Program-made: the position numbers and the translations under genes
Origin: Zygnema circumcarinatum SAG 698-1b
Lineage: Eukaryota > Plantae > Zygnematophyceae
Length of the DNA stretch: 64,000 bases
Reading direction: 5' to 3'
NCBI GenBank assembly: GCA_037447605.1
Contig: CM074822.1
Location: 1,263,492 to 1,327,491, forward strand
Notes under the pieces: generated by a model
Seen by the model: the letters and a program-made list of their open reading frames with translations, nothing else
Databases searched by the model: none
What the model was told of the DNA's origin: nothing
Part shown: piece after piece, positions 59,401 to 64,000 of the stretch
How positions within the stretch are numbered: the stretch's first letter is position 1
Layout of the letters: each line of letters begins with the position of its first letter

Positions 59401-59710
59401 CTCCCACTCCCTCTCCCACTCCCTCTCCCACTCCCTCTCCCTCACCCAGTCCCAGTCCCACGCCCCTCCCACTCCAACTCCCACTTTCACTCTCACTCCC
59501 ACTCCCACTCCTACTCCCACTCGCTCACCAACTTTCACTCGCTCTCCCACTCGCTCTCCCACTCCCACTCCCTCTCCCACTCCCACTCCCGCTCCCACTG
59601 CCTCTCCCACTCCCACTCCCCCTCCCACCCTCTCCGGCACCTGTCCTTGGTGTCACGTCACCAAAGAGAATAACGGCCAGAGCCATCATCCATGCTCGGA
59701 CCCAATTCAT
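53471..59710 (-). CDS. A1-family (nepenthesin/TAXI-like) aspartic-protease-like protein, 470 aa, with altered catalytic motifs. Exons 59641-59710, 58588-58657, 58233-58312, 57077-57285, 56594-56616, 55891-56250, 55444-55587, 54460-54760, 53806-53954, 53471-53477
   Basis: The exons total 1413 nt in frame. Signal-like [17 protein letters not shown]; propeptide [13 protein letters not shown]; [29 protein letters not shown]; [15 protein letters not shown]; FSTCF; [17 protein letters not shown]; FFDSR; [32 protein letters not shown]. Confidence 0.88.
58795..59630. repeat. (ACTCCC)n / (GGGAGT)n hexamer array in protease intron 1
   Basis: About 830 bp of near-continuous ACTCCC with CTCTCCC variants. 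Confidence 0.92.
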
Positions 59711-62157
59711 GTTTTTTGAAGTTTTGAGACTTTTACACTTCAATCAATTTCCCAATCGTACTTGAGCTCGTCGAGAGAGAGAGAGAGAGAGGGAGAGAGA
59801 GAGAGAGAGTGGAAGAGAGAGGGAGAGAGGGAGAGAGAAAACGGAGAGGCGAGGGCGGTCCGCCGACGGGACCGAAGTGGCAGTCAAAGTTGCAGGACTG
59901 TATCGATTAATATCGTTTCGAAACGTATCTGTGTATATCGTATTATATCGCATATTTTTATATCGTATCGTATCTTCCGTATAGGCCGAGGCAGAAGGTG
60001 GAGAAATAAGTACGAAGTTGTACGGTAGCCTCACCGGTCAACCGCTGTTACGGTCGCAGTTGCGTCTTTTTCACCTGTTGGCCGTTGACCGTTGACCGAT
60101 TGGCGGTCAGGGAATGAAAAATTTCGGCTTGTCATGATGACGATCAAAAGTGATCCGGCCGCGTCTGCCACGTAGGCATCAGTTTGCCACGTGGACGCTG
60201 CCCATTGGCGGTTTTCCTTTCCTTCCTTTGCAGGTTGAATAGCAGAATTCAAGAACACAAGTTTCAAGTTCTTTCTTTCCAATCCCCGATTCACTGAGAC
60301 TGCTTCTACAGATTCATTGAATGTAGCCATGATTTCACCAAAGTCAAACAAAAGAACATTCCCAGACATCGAATTTCAACATTGCATGACCAACAACAAC
60401 ATGGACACGTTCATGAGCCTCACAAGAAGTTGAACGAAGTTAACTATAAATTACAAAAGTTGTTGAACAAAAAAATGAAGGTAGGTACTTCGCAGTAATT
60501 GCACATTTTTAAGCTTCAAAAGTAGGTAAACCCTAATATAGATATATAGATATGTCGCAATGACACGAGAGCTCGTGGCTCCAACATGGTACATGGTTAG
60601 CCCAACAACAATGAGGTGGCTGACTAAACTAACCAACTAAGGGCTCCATATCAAGCGACTTGTTGGCTGTAAGCCAAAGCCAACAAGTCACTTTTTTCAT
60701 GCTTTATTCACGCTATGCAAAGACCTGCGTTCAGACCTTGCTTTCACTTATTCAGAAAAAACGAACAATAGAACGTAACGGACAAAATGTAGTAACCATA
60801 ATCACAACGAAAAGACAACTTTTTTTTTTTTTTTGGTGGGGGAGGGGGGGGGGGGGGGGGNNNNNNNNNNCCCTCTCCCACTCCCACTCCCGCTCCCACT
60901 GCCTCTCCCACTCCCACTCCCCCTCCCACCCTCTCCGGCACCTGTCCTTGGTGTCACGTCACCAAAGAGAATAACGGCCAGAGCCATCATCCATGCTCGG
61001 ACCCAATTCATGTTTTTTGAAGTTTTGAGACTTTTACACTTCAATCAATTTCCCAATCGTACTTGAGCTCGTCGAGAGAGAGAGAGAGAGAGGGAGAGAG
61101 AGAGAGAGAGTGGAAGAGAGAGGGAGAGAGGGAGAGAGAAAACGGAGAGGCGAGGGCGGTCCGCCGACGGGACCGAAGTGGCAGTCAAAGTTGCAGGACT
61201 GTATCGATTAATATCGTTTCGAAACGTATCTGTGTATATCGTATTATATCGCATATTTTTATATCGTATCGTATCTTCCGTATAGGCCGAGGCAGAAGGT
61301 GGAGAAATAAGTACGAAGTTGTACGGTAGCCTCACCGGTCAACCGCTGTTACGGTCGCAGTTGCGTCTTTTTCACCTGTTGGCCGTTGACCGTTGACCGA
61401 TTGGCGGTCAGGGAATGAAAAATTTCGGCTTGTCATGATGACGATCAAAAGTGATCCGGCCGCGTCTGCCACGTAGGCATCAGTTTGCCACGTGGACGCT
61501 GCCCATTGGCGGTTTTCCTTTCCTTCCTTTGCAGGTTGAATAGCAGAATTCAAGAACACAAGTTTCAAGTTCTTTCTTTCCAATCCCCGATTCACTGAGA
61601 CTGCTTCTACAGATTCATTGAATGTAGCCATGATTTCACCAAAGTCAAACAAAAGAACATTCCCAGACATCGAATTTCAACATTGCATGACCAACAACAA
61701 CATGGACACGTTCATGAGCCTCACAAGAAGTTGAACGAAGTTAACTATAAATTACAAAAGTTGTTGAACAAAAAAATGAAGGTAGGTACTTCGCAGTAAT
61801 TGCACATTTTTAAGCTTCAAAAGTAGGTAAACCCTAATATAGATAGATATGTCGCAATGACACGAGAGCTCGTGGCTCCAACATGGTACATGGTTAGCCC
61901 AACAACAATGAGGTGGCTGACTAAACTAACCAACTAAGGGCTCCATATCAAGCGACTTGTTGGCTGTAAGCCAAAGCCAACAAGTCACTTTTTTCATGCT
62001 TTATTCACGCTATGCAAAGACCTGCGTTCAGACCTTGCTTTCACTTATTCAGAAAAAACGAACAATAGAACGTAACGGACAAAATGTAGTAACCATAATC
62101 ACAACGAAAAGACAACTTTTTTTTTTTTTTTGGTGGGGGAGGGGGGGGGGGGGGGGG
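59570..62157. repeat. Near-identical 1.29-kb direct duplication (59570-60860 and 60871-62157) covering the protease upstream region and first exon
   Basis: The copies are identical apart from a 4-bp TATA indel near 60540/61840, and each ends in poly-G at an N gap. Confidence 0.85.
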
Positions 62158-62182
62158 NNNNNNNNNNTTTTTTTTTTTTTTT

Positions 62183-62945
62183 TTACTTTGATTTTGACCT
62201 TAGAACGCGCACTGCTACAAGGGCGACCACTCCCACAGCGGCTGTAGCCAGTAGCAGCGTTCGGGAGGCCCTCCATGACATGATGACAGGAGGGGCCTCC
62301 TGGGGAACTTCAAGCAGACTGTCAATCTGCATCCAAAACCAGCTCAACAATGAGAGCAGGAACCCTAACCACCCTACCCAAAAGATACACCAAAAAGTTG
62401 TTTGACCAACTGACCAACCGACCAACCGACCAACGAACCAACCAGCCAACCAACCGACCAACCAACCAACCAACTGACCAACCAAGCAATTAACCAACCA
62501 AGCAATTAACCAACCAACCAGCCAACCAACCAACCAACCAACCAACCGACCAACCAACCAATCCACCGACCAATGAACAATGATGGACCCACATAGTAGC
62601 CATTGAATGGCGAATTTCTGATTCTGAAAAACTCCCATGGTGTAGGTTGATGGGGGTTGAAGGGACTAAGGAAGGAGGGCCTCACATCAATGTCCTCTCG
62701 TCCCCAATTCGCTCTCATGCCTTCCATGTGCCCCTTCCCCACTACCGCCACCACCCTCGTTCTATTCGCTGCTGCTTGGCGTAACGTAGCCGCCATGTAC
62801 CTGCAAAAAGTTTCAACCAAATCTCAATCATTCCTATAGACAAAAGGAAGCACCCACCAAAAATATCTACGCCCAAGAGCATGATTAAGGTTGAGAGGGC
62901 CCACAAAAGCCAATATAAAAAAGTATGTGAGAGCGAGAGAGCGAG

Positions 62946-62982
<37 letters not shown>

Positions 62983-63669
62983 GAGAGAGAGAGAGAGGGC
63001 TGAGGGACGGGCGCACAGGTCACGCTCTTTCACGAGCGTCTCCACAATGGAGGGAAACGACTTCCCGAGTTCGCCCATCGCCAGGGAGAGCACGTCTCCA
63101 TTCTTCAACTCCTCCAACTGCAAGTGTGAACGGAGAGGGAGAAGGAGAGGGAGAGAAAGGGGGAGCGAGAGGGAGAGTGAGAGGGAGGGAGACGAGAACG
63201 TAGGGGGAGGAGGACAAACCTTAAGTTGAAGAAAGACAATAAAAAAAGCACAAGACTACTGAAGCTTGGCGCGCATTTTGAGACTGAAAAATAAAAAAAA
63301 AGGGAGAGGAAGCCAGTATCGAGCAAAAGAGTCACCCTTCTTTCCCTCCCACCCTTTATTCCCTCGTCCTCCCAATGTCCCTCCCTCTTCCCTACCTTGA
63401 CTCCACCTTCGGTTTTCCCTATTTCCTCCTCCTATTCTGGCTTCACTCTCCCCGAATCTCATCCACTCTCTCCCCCCTCTCCCTCCCTCCCTCTCTCAAA
63501 AAACCCTTCTGTAATCATCTCACCACCCCTCTCTCACCTCCTCGTCCCTCCCTACCTCAGATACGAGCTTCTCCCCTGAAGGAAGCCATATTGCAGAAAC
63601 CAAAAGAGAAAAGAGAAGCTTCATCCTCTCGAATGAGCTCAACCGAGCCCACGTGCGACGAAGTGTCAC
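62183..63669 (-). CDS. TRABD: TraB-domain-containing protein, 3' part (5' exons beyond window). Exons 63556-63669, 63017-63117, 62686-62800, 62183-62326
   Basis: [18 protein letters not shown]; [21 protein letters not shown]; [13 protein letters not shown]; C-terminal hydrophobic anchor [20 protein letters not shown]. The splice phases are consistent. Confidence 0.9.
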
Positions 63670-63790
63670 CTACCTCCCCTCCTCTTTAAAAATAAGAAAA
63701 TTATTCGGACTTCAGTAATGAAAGGCTAAACAGAATCATAAAAAATATTGAATATAAACCTAGCCTTGATTGTATTCTATAAATGTTGGT

Positions 63791-63897
<107 letters not shown>

Positions 63898-64000
63898 AAG
63901 GGAAAGAGAGAGAGGGAAGTAAGAAGAGGAAGCGAGTGAGAGGAGTGGCGAGACAGAGAAAGGGCGAGGGAAGAGCGAGGGAAGCGAGAGAGAGGAGCGG

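Noticed and set aside
60031-60369. 112-aa minus-strand ORF (duplicated at 61332-61670)
   Set aside because: No recognisable domain or splice partners. It lies between the TRABD stop and the protease start, in probable UTR or promoter sequence with CACGTG motifs.

Overview
Eukaryotic nuclear DNA, most consistent with a streptophyte (charophyte-type) green alga: plant-like genes, GT-AG introns packed with GA/CT microsatellites, and several 10-N scaffold gaps. I could reconstruct six intron-containing genes by hand: an RCC1-repeat protein (-, 3' end runs off the window), a 1007-aa secreted mosaic lectin (signal peptide, 4 F-type lectin domains joined by Ser/Pro-rich linkers, C-terminal legume L-type lectin; +), SDHAF2 (+), NOP58 (+), a 470-aa A1 aspartic-protease-like protein with both catalytic motifs altered (-), and the 3' part of a TraB-domain gene (-). 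About 6.8-28.6 kb is a nested transposon island: a 17-kb CACAG-TIR DNA element with an 8-bp TSD holds several Copia elements and a chromovirus, and next to it lie several solo LTRs and a 452-bp TRIM. The most striking observation is that three divergent LTRs (chromovirus LTR, a 656-bp solo LTR and both TRIM LTRs) start with TGTAGCG(A/T)AACGCTA and carry a tRNA-derived A-box/B-box cassette followed by a hairpin and T-run. This suggests an autonomous/non-autonomous retrotransposon system with a Pol III-type promoter inside its LTR. Everything was read manually; no database searches were run.
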